A stretch of DNA of 64,000 nucleotides, taken from assembly GCA_963705255.1 (NCBI GenBank), contig OY970061.1:32001-96000 (forward strand), given 5' to 3'. The DNA comes from an uncultured Methanoregulaceae archaeon (lineage in GTDB: Archaea > Halobacteriota > Methanomicrobia > Methanomicrobiales > Methanospirillaceae). This document shows, piece by piece, positions 11,491-21,592 of this stretch (positions within the stretch are counted from its first letter, which is position 1; each line of letters starts with the position of its first letter). The translations under genes and the position numbers were made by a program. Under the pieces are notes generated by a model that searched no databases, was not told the DNA's origin, and saw nothing but the letters and a program-made list of their open reading frames with translations.

Positions 11491-11548
11491 ACTGTCAAAT
11501 CGGGGACGTGAGCACATGAATTTTTCTGCGTCAGAAAAATATGAAAAA

Positions 11549-11928
11549 GGCTTTGTAGAGATCCTATTTTATCCTGTAATTTGATTATATTCTCCGCTGG
11601 TTATGAGGGTGACCCCCTCTCTCCCCCACTGGGGGAGGCAGCGAAAGTCTGACGACCTTCTCGATTTCGTAGTCTGATGACTACTCAATCAGCCCAAGGG
11701 GGGTATCCCCTTGAATCTCTGAGAGGTCTTCAGACCTCGAAGAGGAGAAGGGAGGCAAGAGCCGACCTTCGACCCGTCTATTATTCCTCTCCTTATCTCA
11801 GTGGTTTTTCATCAACCTTCTGAGGGGCTATCGCAATATGGGGGGCCCCGGCGGCGGGGGGGTGGAGGCATCAGATGCCGCAGCCCCCAAGAGCGTCTGC
11901 AATGAAAACCAATGATTTCTGCAGAGCC
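11549..11928 (+). mobile_element. MITE-like repeat family A, copy A1 (short form, imperfect TIRs)
   Basis: Left end GGCTTTGTAGAGATC; right end reverse complement GGCTCTGCAGAAATC; poly-A flanks. Core is near-identical to 16240-16440 (reverse) and 43272-43430. Confidence 0.8.
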
Positions 11929-11951
11929 AAAAAAAGAATTTGGTTTTCCTC

Positions 11952-13244
11952 TCACATCGGTTTATAGTGACCCCATTTCTCCAGCGCTTCCCTCAGGGCT
12001 TGTGCGTTCCTGGCTTTCTCATCGAGCGGTATGCCCTCTTTCCAGGCCTCGATTGCCTGCATGGTAGCCTGTGCCCCGGCCCGTGTCCCTTTCGGGTGAC
12101 CGTGGATGCCACCGGACACGAGCAGAACCATTTCCGTCCCGTAAATATCGAGCACATCGGGCACAAGACCCGGATGCAGCCCACCGGACGAGACCGGGAA
12201 CGCAGTTTTGATCGTTCCCCAGTCCTGTTCAAGCAGCATGCCATCCACCGCCTTGATCTTCTTCTCCCGAAGGATATCCGCAAGCGCCATGGACTCCCTC
12301 CGCGAGCCGGTCAGTTTTCCTACTGCGGTCCCGGTATGGATTTGCGTGACACCTATCAGCCGCATGAGCTTTGCGAGGAACTGCATGGTTATCCCGTGCT
12401 TCCGGTTGCGGTCGAACGTGGCATGCATCGCGCGGTGCGCGTGGATCGCGAGGCCGAGATCGGAACAGTAGTCCCGCATCGTCATGACTCCTGCAGTGCC
12501 GGCAACGACGACGTCGATCATCGCGTAGTTCCAGCCGTTCTCGGCAAGCATGTCAGCCCGTTTCTTCATCGTCTCCACATCGGCGGTAATATTGAGGAAC
12601 GCAGACTTTTTCTCCCCGGTCTCTTTCTCGGCCACATCCCGCAGTTTCGTCATGTGCTTAACCCGGTCGTCGAACTGGTTGAACGAGGTGGAGGTCAGGT
12701 TTTCATCGTCTTTGACAAAATCAAAACCGCCCATCCAGGTCTCGTACCCGATCTTTGCGTGCTCCCGTGCCGAGAACCCGATCTTGGGCTTGGGCACCGC
12801 GCCGGTGAACGGCCGGTCGGTGATTCCCATCATCTTCCGGATCCCGTCGTTGCCGAAATGAGGGCCTTTGAAGTGTTTTATATAGGCAGGCGGGAGCGAG
12901 ACATCGATCAGCCTCAGGTTCTTCAGGGCTTTCATGCCAAAGATGTTCCCTGCGATCCCGCTCAGAAGCTGAACGGCATTCCCCTCTTCCCAGAGGGCCA
13001 GCGGGTATGCGATCTTTACCACGTTTCCTTCTATGTCAAACGCCGTTGCCTGCAGGGCTTTCATCCGGGGCGGCATGGTAAAGAGGGTGGTCCATGTCCC
13101 GGTCGAACTCTCGGACGCGATCCGCCCGGCTGCTTCCCTGCCGCTGATCCCTGCAGCGGGTTCAAAATAAAAGAGGCAGATGAGTTCGTTCTTTTCCGGC
13201 TCGTAATTCAGGTTGACAAATTCGTTGTACCAGTCAATTGCCAT
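11952..13244 (-). CDS. rbcL: Ribulose-1,5-bisphosphate carboxylase, archaeal form III
   Basis: ESSTGTW, PKPKIG, catalytic DFVKDDE, HAHRAMH, GKL, SGGLH, GGIHGHP. Confidence 0.93.
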   Translation of the reverse strand: MAIDWYNEFVNLNYEPEKNELICLFYFEPAAGISGREAAGRIASESSTGTWTTLFTMPPRMKALQATAFDIEGNVVKIAYPLALWEEGNAVQLLSGIAGNIFGMKALKNLRLIDVSLPPAYIKHFKGPHFGNDGIRKMMGITDRPFTGAVPKPKIGFSAREHAKIGYETWMGGFDFVKDDENLTSTSFNQFDDRVKHMTKLRDVAEKETGEKKSAFLNITADVETMKKRADMLAENGWNYAMIDVVVAGTAGVMTMRDYCSDLGLAIHAHRAMHATFDRNRKHGITMQFLAKLMRLIGVTQIHTGTAVGKLTGSRRESMALADILREKKIKAVDGMLLEQDWGTIKTAFPVSSGGLHPGLVPDVLDIYGTEMVLLVSGGIHGHPKGTRAGAQATMQAIEAWKEGIPLDEKARNAQALREALEKWGHYKPM

Positions 13245-13636
13245 AGATATTCCTGTACCTTTAAAGGCGATTCCGGGTAAAAAAAGGTGCTCAAGAGATG
13301 TTTGCCGCAAGGCCATGGTGGAACGAACCATGTATGATCACCGGGAGACGGACGTGCAGGATACCGTTCAACCTTTCGTCCGGAAACACCACTATTTCTG
13401 AAATGGACCCACGCCCCATCCCTGTTCATTCTCGCTATCGGTGATACTGCCCTGTTCATCGATTATGTGCAATGGGCCCGGGTCATGACGGCCTCGCAGC
13501 CTTGCGCAACCGATGCCGTCGCGGTTGCCAACCGGCTGACAGCAGGATCCCGACCAGGGAAAAACCGTGCATCTCAGGATCCCGCAAGTTTATGCGGGGG
13601 ATGGCGGACCGGTTCACGATAAAAATCCCGGCGCAC

Positions 13637-14943
13637 TCATTTTCCGGATTTCCCGAAACGACCACGGAGGGATCCCGAAATCGTTGAAAAAATGCCTGTT
13701 CGGGACGAGGGGGACTCTTCCTTCCCGAACGGCTCCGGCTCTGCCATGCCTGCAGATTCTTCCGGAGGGACAGGACCTGCCGGTACATCCGGCATAGCTT
13801 CGGGCAGGATTTCAGGATCCTGAATGACTGCAAGTGCCCCGGAACTTGGTATTTTTTGGATTGATCTCCCCGCCGGGGGCTCCGGATGATCCATGATGTC
13901 ACCGGAAGGTGGCTGAACCGGAACGAATGCAGGCTCTGCCATCACCGTTACCGGAACTTCCTGTCCGGCAGAAGTTGAAGGTCGGGCGGATTCATAACCG
14001 ACCTCCGGGGGCAGTGTACCCTCCGTGTGATCGATCGGTACTCCCTCATGGCCTGACTCCACGGAAGGTACAGCAACGTCTTCCCCCCCGGTGCGAACAT
14101 GAGTTTCCGTGGCTGCCGCCATCAGGGTGATCGCTCCAGGATCGGGTGTCACGGGATCTGCAGGGCCGGTTACACCGGATACGATTTCCGGTGCCTGCAG
14201 GATGATGCCAGGAGAAGCATTGTCAGGGGCACTCTCTCCAGCGGGCAGATCTCCCGGCCCGGTTGGAGCAGCTGGAACCGGTACCATGACTGGCTCGGGA
14301 GGTACCGTTGCTATCGGACGCGGGGCATCATCCATCTCCCGGGAAAGTTCACTGGCAAGACCGCTCTGTTCGGTTATCCGGTTTCCGATCACTGCGATGG
14401 AACTCATCAGTTCGTCACGGTTCGGCGCATCGCGATGAGCGAGATCGAGCTCCTTCTGCAGGGTGTCCCTGAGGCTGGCGTCCACATCAAGCGTTGTTTT
14501 GAGCGCAAAATATTCGGAAATTTTTTCCGGTCGGATCCCTGCAGCATGGAGCGCACCGCTCTCCTCCCTCGCCGTTTTCCTTCTCGAAAGCACCTTTTCA
14601 ATAGCCGCGACGAGCTGTTTCGGGTTCACCGGTTTTGAAATGAAGTCATCGATAGTAATCCGGTGAGTTCGGCCTCTTCCGGAGTGATCTTCTTTGCAGA
14701 GAACATGAGAACCGGTATGTCCCGGGTTCTGGGGTCTGCCTTGATCCGCTCCAGTGTCTCCCAACCGTTCATGGGTTCCATCATAATATCGAGAATGATC
14801 AGGTCCGGTGTCTCCCTGCTCAGGATGTCAAGACACTGCTCTCCACCGAAAGCGGCAAGGGGGCGATAGTATTTTTTCAGGATCAGGACGAGCCCTTCGA
14901 CAATCAGCCTCGTATCGTCAACGATAAGGATGGTATCGGTCAA
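13637..14943 (-). CDS. Response regulator receiver domain plus long Pro/Ala/Glu-rich tail (frameshift ~14665)
   Basis: ILIVDD..LDIMM..SAK in one frame; DDFISKP continues in the next. TTG start with GGAGG RBS. Confidence 0.75.
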
Positions 14944-15413
14944 AGGTATCCTCCTCCTCGTCCCGGACACACATACCTCTGACGCTTTTATCAGGGAGGG
15001 ATTTTGTCAGGGACAGAGTATCTCTTCATTTATGAAAACCGGTGAAGGGTCTCTCAATTCTCCAGTATATATTAGGTAAAATGAAATTTAAATGATCTTG
15101 TAAATGAATCCGGGTTCCTGAGGTAAAAAACCTTTATAGACCGGGTCAGCGAAGGGGACAGGGTTGAACACGTTCTCCAGACTTGTCAGGGAGGGTCGTC
15201 AGCCAGTCAATCTCGTCATTGCTCGACCGGTGGGGCACGGGCACTTTGGCAGGGCAGACAGAACAGAACAGTAAATCCGGATTTTTATACCCGGGTGTAC
15301 GACACAACTCCGGATGAAAGCCAAAGCCATGGACGCCCGGCAATCCCATCGGCCTTTTGCTTGAACGACCGGATACTTCATGTGATGCAAAGACCAGCTG
15401 ATATGGAATAATC

Positions 15414-16060
15414 ATGGGCGAGCGCAGACCTGAGGCCCCGGAAAAAGCCACGCGGCCGTCCTGACCGGCCCCCCGTTCTACCTCCCGGAATTCGAGGAGT
15501 CGTACCGGTACATTATCGATGAGTATGACATTGGCCCCCGGGACATTGCCATTTTTATTCCCTGTGCGGTCCGGAAACCCTACAGCCAGAGCCCGAGCCA
15601 CCAGCTGATCCGGATGATCATATCGCAGGTCCTCGAACCGTCACAATACCATATCGTCGTTTTCGGGACATGCGGGATCGTCCCTGCCGAGCTTGAGGAG
15701 ATGTACCCGTATGCCCATTACAGGTACATGCTCGGGAAATGCCAGGACGAATCGGTGAAGGAGGACTTCCTCAGGATCGAGACCGAACGGGTTGCGGGCT
15801 ATCTCGAAAAGACCCGGCATACCTATACCTACCGCATCGCGTACTGTATCGGGCTCTTCCGCGAGGCGCTGGTCCGGGGGTCAAGGAAAGCAGGGGTCGA
15901 TATCGATCTCCTCCTTCCCAGCCGGGACATGATCAACCGGATCATCGAGGAGGAGGAGTGCGCGTTCCAGGAGGGCAACCTCTCCATGGAAGATTACCTG
16001 GGGGAGTTCTGCGACGGGCTCATCCGGTTCCGGAATGATCACTATGGGATGGGGAAGTGA
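15414..16060 (+). CDS. DUF5591/archaeosine-synthase-like domain protein (frameshift in A-run ~15445)
   Basis: Manual translation upstream of the 15614 ORF gives IFIPCAVRKPYSQSPSH, then GIVPAELE..YP..HY. Confidence 0.75.
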
Positions 16061-16085
16061 GAGGGGGGTCCGGCAGATCAATATT

Positions 16086-16700
16086 CTGACGCTCTTGGGG
16101 ATGTCGACATGACAAAGTCATGGAGACAAGAGAAGAACGCATAAGCGTTCTTCGAATTTTCTGCAACCTGGGCACAGCGAAGATGCTCTCGAATCTTCTC
16201 GAGCCTGCCATGCCTTTGGCGATGGCAGCATCCCCCGAATTGCGATAGTCACTCAGAAGGTTGGCAGGAAATTCTTGAGAGAATGAGAGGAATAATAGAC
16301 GGGTCGAAGGTCGGCTCTTGCCTCCCTTCTCCTCTCCGAGGTCTGAAGACCTCTCAGAGATTCAAGGGGATACCCCCCTTGGGCTGATTGAGTGGTCATC
16401 AGATCACGAAATCGAGAAGATGCGTTAGCATCTTCGCTGCCCCCCCCTTCGGAGGAGACTGCTCTTCCCGAAGGGAAGAACAGGCTGGAGAATGTCGAAA
16501 GTCATCAGACTTGAGACAGGAGAAGACCGTAGGTCTTCGATCGAACTCGTCAGAGTTCTTCGATCTCCGAAGAGGTTCAACAGGACCTCGAGGATAAGAA
16601 GAACTCATCAGAGTTCTTCGATGTGAGAGAGAGGGGGTCACCCTCATGACATCTTCAAATGGTTTACAAAAAATGAACCGTGGAAGATTTCCACAGAGCA
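16086..16700 (-). mobile_element. MITE-like repeat family A, copy A2 (expanded with hairpin arrays)
   Basis: Reverse complement of the A1 scaffold. TIR-like TGCTCTGTGGAAATC at 16686-16700. Extra hairpin arrays at ~16100-16220 and 16455-16626. Confidence 0.8.
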
Positions 16701-16707
16701 GAAACCC

Positions 16708-17457
16708 TCACTCCTCCTCTCCCTCATCCTGCCCGGCCTTCTCCCCGATATCCCGGTCGAGACTCGACGGATCGATGTGCCACTCGCTCCTGCGGAGCAG
16801 CCCGTGCAGGGTGCTGGCCTCCCGGATCGTGAGGTTCGCCCTCCCGAGGATCCTGCGGATGAGGACCATCGTGTTCTCCCGCTTGAATGCCGGGTGATGG
16901 ATGGTGTCGAGATACCGGTCGATGTGGCGGTAGAGGTAACCCATCTCGGCAGGGGAAGCGAGCGCATAGGACGGGAGCGGGAGATCGGCCAGCTCGTAGC
17001 AGACGACCCCAACGGCATGAGAGAGGTTGAGGATCGGGTACTTCTCAGTAGTCGGGATGGTGCAGATCATGTCGCTGCGTTTGACCTCCTCGTTGCTGAG
17101 CCCCCAGTTCTCGCGTCCGAAGAGAATGGAGATGCGCCCGTCGGTATCCTTGATCCGCCCGCGGAGTTCTTTTGGCGAGTAGAATGGCATCCGCATGGAA
17201 TGGCAGACCGATTTGCTCACGGTCCCGGTGGTCGCGACCACGATGTTACTCCGGGCGAAGACGTCTTCGACGGTGCAGACCTCTGCATTCCTGAGCACGT
17301 CCTGCGCATGACTGGCCCGGGCCTTAGCCTCCTCGCCAAGCGGGCATGGATCGATGAGCACGAGCCGCAGGAACCCGAAATTTTTCATCACGCGTGCGGC
17401 AAAGCCCACGTTGCCTTCGTAGATGGGGGCAACGAGCACGATGTCAATGACGGGCAT
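16708..17457 (-). CDS. trmJ: tRNA methyltransferase, TrmJ/SpoU family
   Basis: GNVGFAARVMKNFG, FGRENWGLSNEE, YPILNLSHAV. Confidence 0.9.
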   Translation of the reverse strand: MPVIDIVLVAPIYEGNVGFAARVMKNFGFLRLVLIDPCPLGEEAKARASHAQDVLRNAEVCTVEDVFARSNIVVATTGTVSKSVCHSMRMPFYSPKELRGRIKDTDGRISILFGRENWGLSNEEVKRSDMICTIPTTEKYPILNLSHAVGVVCYELADLPLPSYALASPAEMGYLYRHIDRYLDTIHHPAFKRENTMVLIRRILGRANLTIREASTLHGLLRRSEWHIDPSSLDRDIGEKAGQDEGEEE

Positions 17458-17464
17458 AAAAAAA

Positions 17465-18154
17465 TTACTGGACTGCGTCGACCGTCGCTTTCAGGACGAC
17501 TGCGCCCTGGTCGTATACTGCATTGCCGACGACAATCGTGTCGGCATACCTGCTCATCTGCGCTGCTTTCTCCGCAGAGTTGATCCCGCCGCCATAGTAC
17601 AGCACCGACTTGTCAAGGGCCTCGGATACGGCTTTCACAACGGCCGGATCTCCGTAGATACCGCTGTATTCGATATACACAACAGGGAAATGGAAATAGT
17701 GATCCGCGACGCTTGCAAAGGCAGCGACCTCCTCAGCTTTGAGACTGCACATTGCCTTGGTCATACGGCCGACTGATGAGTCCGGGTTCAGGACAATATA
17801 AGCTTCCGGAACGATGAAGTCCCACGGGATTTTGCCTTTCTGCATCTGCACCCACTCCCGGTGCTTGCCGACGATCCATTGCACATCAGTAGTGTTCATG
17901 ACGCTCGGGACAAAAACAAAATCGATCCCCTGCATCAGCACGGCATCCGGTCCCGCAGGCTCCATGACGAGCGGAAGGTCATAGGCACCTACCTGTTTCT
18001 GGAGTGCGGAGAGGTTCTCCTGCGTGACATTGAGTGTTCCCGAGAGCATCAGGGCATCGGTACCGCTCGCGGCAATAGCATCAATATCCCCGGGCTTCAG
18101 CTGCTTGTCAGGATCGAGTTTGGTCACATGCACCCAGTCTTTCCATTTCATCAT
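17465..18154 (-). CDS. pcrB: Geranylgeranylglyceryl phosphate synthase (group I, PcrB-like)
   Basis: HVTKLDPDK, EAYIVLNPDS, YIEYSG, YGGGI, VVGNA. Confidence 0.9.
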   Translation of the reverse strand: MMKWKDWVHVTKLDPDKQLKPGDIDAIAASGTDALMLSGTLNVTQENLSALQKQVGAYDLPLVMEPAGPDAVLMQGIDFVFVPSVMNTTDVQWIVGKHREWVQMQKGKIPWDFIVPEAYIVLNPDSSVGRMTKAMCSLKAEEVAAFASVADHYFHFPVVYIEYSGIYGDPAVVKAVSEALDKSVLYYGGGINSAEKAAQMSRYADTIVVGNAVYDQGAVVLKATVDAVQ

Positions 18155-18328
18155 AATCACAGTACCTCTTGGCGTTCCATCCCCATAAACCGGTATCCTG
18201 CCCGGTGATCACACCCAACCTGCACGAGATTGTCTTGAATCAAATGCAGCAGTTCATCGGTTCCGGACAACCAATGGAACACTTTATATGAAAATAACCG
18301 TAATCGGGAACATACCCGTACGATATTC

Positions 18329-21148
18329 ATGAAACTTCAGGAAAAAACCAGTCTGATCCTGGTGGTACTGCTCATCCTTGTCATCTCGCTTATCAGCATC
18401 TTTGTGTCAGCTATTTCTCTTTCAAGCGACAGCTCACTTGAGCACAAGTATGTCATCCAGGAAACCGGCCAGGTCGCAGGGAACCTGAACACCGAATTCG
18501 CATCGCTTTCTGCTATCACATCCGGCTGGGGTCCATGGAATGACACCTACAACTTTGTCATCGGGAACGAACCGGATTATATCCGGACAAACCTCGTCCC
18601 GGAAACCTATCACAATCTCAGGCTGGACGTAATCGCCATCACCAACCGGGATGGCGATGTCGTGTACGCCGGTGCCTACGATCAGGCAAACCATCTGATA
18701 GTTGCTGTCCCTGAATCGTTCCGGCAGCAGCTGAGTCCCGGAAACCCCCTCATGAATATGACCGATCCTCACCATTCAGTGACCGGGATCCTGGTTGTGG
18801 ACAAAAATCCCCTTCTTGTTGCATCGCAGCCGGTCATCCACTCGGATTTTTCCGGGACCCCGGATGGTGTCGTGATTGTAGGAAGGTACCTCCATGAAAA
18901 CGAACTGGCGGGTCTTGGAAGTCCTGCCAGTCCGTCAGTCAGGGTACTCTCTGTCGGCGATCCTGTCATTTCACCCTCATTGTTATCACAGATAAAGGAT
19001 GATGCAGCAGAGGGCACAGATACCGTCGTCCCGCTGGATTATACTACCGTAGCTGGATACACACCCATCCGGGATATTTACGGGAATGACGCGTTCGTTC
19101 TTCAGGTAGTCCAACCCCGCGACATTTACCAGCAGGGAGTTACCATGACCTTCTATTATATTCTCATTGTGCTTGGGTCCGGTCTCCTGTTCGGGATCAT
19201 CGTCCTTCTCCTCCTCGACCGCCTTGTCCTCTCGCGGGTCAGTTCCCTGAGCCTGCAGGTGTATACAATCGGAAGGGATGAGGACATATCCAGGCGGATG
19301 GTTATAGACGGGAATGACGAGTTCACAGGGCTTGCCGTGGAGATCAACCACATGCTGGAGACCCTTGAATCAACGCAGAAAGGGCTCCAGGAGAGCGAAG
19401 GCAGGTTCCGGGAGCTTGCGGAACTGCTGCCGCTGATTGTCTTTGAGATGGACACAGCCGGGAACCTCAAGTACGTCAATAAGGCCGGCGTTGAACGATT
19501 CGGGATTACCGAGCAAAAAATCCTGAAAGGAATAAATATACGAGATTATTTATCTCCGGACAATATCGAGATGATGCAGCATGGACTTTCTACCGTGATA
19601 TCCGGAGGCAAATCTCCCGGGGAGATCTACACCTTAAAGCAATTTGACGGCAACCTGATGCGGGCTATTGTGTATACTTCACTCATATACCGTGAAGGCA
19701 AGATTACCGGGTTCCGGGGTATTGTTCTTGATATCTCAGAACGGATCAGGCTTGAGGAGGCGCTCACCGAGAGTGAAGAATACCTTCGGGCACTGATAAG
19801 GTCAATCCGTGTCGGTATCTTTGTCATCGATACAAAAACCCATAGGGTCATTGATGTAAACCCGGCGGCTCTTGAGATGATGGGCACCGGAAGAGATGCC
19901 GTTATCAACCAGCTATGCCACGAGGTAATCTGCCCGGCAGAAGTGGGAAGGTGCCCGATCACCGATCTGAACCAGGCCGTGGATAATGCTGAGCGAACCC
20001 TTCTGACACCGGACGGCAGGGAGATCTCGGTCATAAAATACGTTGTTCCGCTGATGCTTCACGGCAAACCCTGCCTGCTCGAAACGTTTATCGACAATAC
20101 GTACCGGAAACAGATCGAACGGAAGCTCGCAGAGAACGAGGAAAAATACCGCGCGCTTGCCGAGAACTCTGCAGATATCATCTTCTCGCTGGATATGGAG
20201 GGCATTTGTACGTATATCTCACCGCAGGTCAATACCTATGGTTTTCTTGAAGATGAGATAACCGGAAAACCGATTCGTAATTTTATCCATCCCGAAGATA
20301 TCGACCGGGTCGAACAGGACCTTGCCCGTGATCTTGAAAAGGGTGCCCAGTTCCATTCCACGTTCAGGACGCTCGATAAATGGGGAAATGTCAACTGGTT
20401 TGATGAAAAAGGTACCCTGCGGCTCGATCAGTCCGGAAAACCCATCGGAATATACGGAGTGCTGCGGGATGTAACCGAACAGAAGCGGGCGAAGGACGCA
20501 ATCGAGCTTGCCAATAAGAAACTCAACCTGATGAATAATATCACCCGCCATGATATCCTTAACACCATTACCGGGCTCCTGGGTTGTGTGGATATGGCAA
20601 ATGCCACTACCACACCGGAGGGAAGGGATCAGTTGCTCAGGGACATCAGGGAACTGACCCGGGTGATCCAGTGGCAGATAAGTTTCACGAAAGAATACCA
20701 GGAAGTGGGTGTACACCTGCCCCTCTGGCAGAACGTAACGGATGTAATACAGCGAATTCTGGTGAACTTCGAAAAATCAGGGCTCCAGTTTATCATCGAT
20801 CTTGAAAAAACTGAAATATATGCAGACCCCCTCCTCGAAAAAGTGTTCTATAATCTCGTGGACAATGCAATACGGTACGGTGAAAAAGTCACCACTATAA
20901 CGTTTTATTTCCAGATCTCGGACAAGGGACTGTCCTTAACGTGTGAAGATGACGGAGCAGGAATACCCTCGGAACAGAAGAGGCAGATCTTTGAACGGGG
21001 TGTGGGCAGAAATACCGGCATGGGCCTGTTCCTGACACGGGAGATTCTGGCGATAACCGGAATAACGATTGTGGAGAACGGTGTGTACGGGAAAGGTGCC
21101 CGGTTTGAGATCCATATCCCCCGCGGTACGTTCCGGTTTGTCCGTTAG
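18329..21148 (+). CDS. CHASE4-HAMP-multi-PAS sensor histidine kinase
   Basis: Two TMs flanking a W..WNDTY CHASE4-like domain, HAMP (GNDEF), 3 PAS, RHDILN and HATPase. Confidence 0.9.
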   Translation: MKLQEKTSLILVVLLILVISLISIFVSAISLSSDSSLEHKYVIQETGQVAGNLNTEFASLSAITSGWGPWNDTYNFVIGNEPDYIRTNLVPETYHNLRLDVIAITNRDGDVVYAGAYDQANHLIVAVPESFRQQLSPGNPLMNMTDPHHSVTGILVVDKNPLLVASQPVIHSDFSGTPDGVVIVGRYLHENELAGLGSPASPSVRVLSVGDPVISPSLLSQIKDDAAEGTDTVVPLDYTTVAGYTPIRDIYGNDAFVLQVVQPRDIYQQGVTMTFYYILIVLGSGLLFGIIVLLLLDRLVLSRVSSLSLQVYTIGRDEDISRRMVIDGNDEFTGLAVEINHMLETLESTQKGLQESEGRFRELAELLPLIVFEMDTAGNLKYVNKAGVERFGITEQKILKGINIRDYLSPDNIEMMQHGLSTVISGGKSPGEIYTLKQFDGNLMRAIVYTSLIYREGKITGFRGIVLDISERIRLEEALTESEEYLRALIRSIRVGIFVIDTKTHRVIDVNPAALEMMGTGRDAVINQLCHEVICPAEVGRCPITDLNQAVDNAERTLLTPDGREISVIKYVVPLMLHGKPCLLETFIDNTYRKQIERKLAENEEKYRALAENSADIIFSLDMEGICTYISPQVNTYGFLEDEITGKPIRNFIHPEDIDRVEQDLARDLEKGAQFHSTFRTLDKWGNVNWFDEKGTLRLDQSGKPIGIYGVLRDVTEQKRAKDAIELANKKLNLMNNITRHDILNTITGLLGCVDMANATTTPEGRDQLLRDIRELTRVIQWQISFTKEYQEVGVHLPLWQNVTDVIQRILVNFEKSGLQFIIDLEKTEIYADPLLEKVFYNLVDNAIRYGEKVTTITFYFQISDKGLSLTCEDDGAGIPSEQKRQIFERGVGRNTGMGLFLTREILAITGITIVENGVYGKGARFEIHIPRGTFRFVR

Positions 21149-21213
21149 GCTGCCTACATGGGTAAAGATATTACGTGAAATGACAACATCATGGTATAAG
21201 GAATGGTATATAA

Positions 21214-21582
21214 ATGGCAGGTGAATCAGTACTCATCGTCGAAGACGATGATATCATTGCACGGGTTGAAGAATGGCGCCTGAAAAATCTTGGGTATGGG
21301 GTGTCCGGCAGGGCCAGGACCGGCGCCGAGGCCATGGAACTGGTCGGGAAAAGCAAGCCGGATCTGGTACTGATGGATATCAACCTTAAAGGGGATATCG
21401 ACGGGATTGAAACTGCAAAACTGATCAAAAAAGGGTTCAATATTCCCGTGATTTATGTCACCTCGCACTCGGATGGCCCCACGCTTGAACGGGCAAAGGC
21501 AACCCGCCCGGATGGTTTTATCAACAAACCGTTCGACGATAAGGATCTCCGTGTCGCTATCGAACTCGCCATGAAAAAATAG
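21214..21582 (+). CDS. Single-domain response regulator
   Basis: VLIVEDD, LMDINL, TS, KPF; directly downstream of the kinase. Confidence 0.92.
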   Translation: MAGESVLIVEDDDIIARVEEWRLKNLGYGVSGRARTGAEAMELVGKSKPDLVLMDINLKGDIDGIETAKLIKKGFNIPVIYVTSHSDGPTLERAKATRPDGFINKPFDDKDLRVAIELAMKK

Positions 21583-21592
21583 GATCTTCTCT

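Noticed and set aside
15185-15225. C/D box sRNA on the minus strand (ATGACGA..CTGA..CTGA)
   Set aside because: No separate C' box and the second guide is too short.
16086-16700. CRISPR array
   Set aside because: No identical direct repeats at a regular period, no unique spacers and no cas genes.
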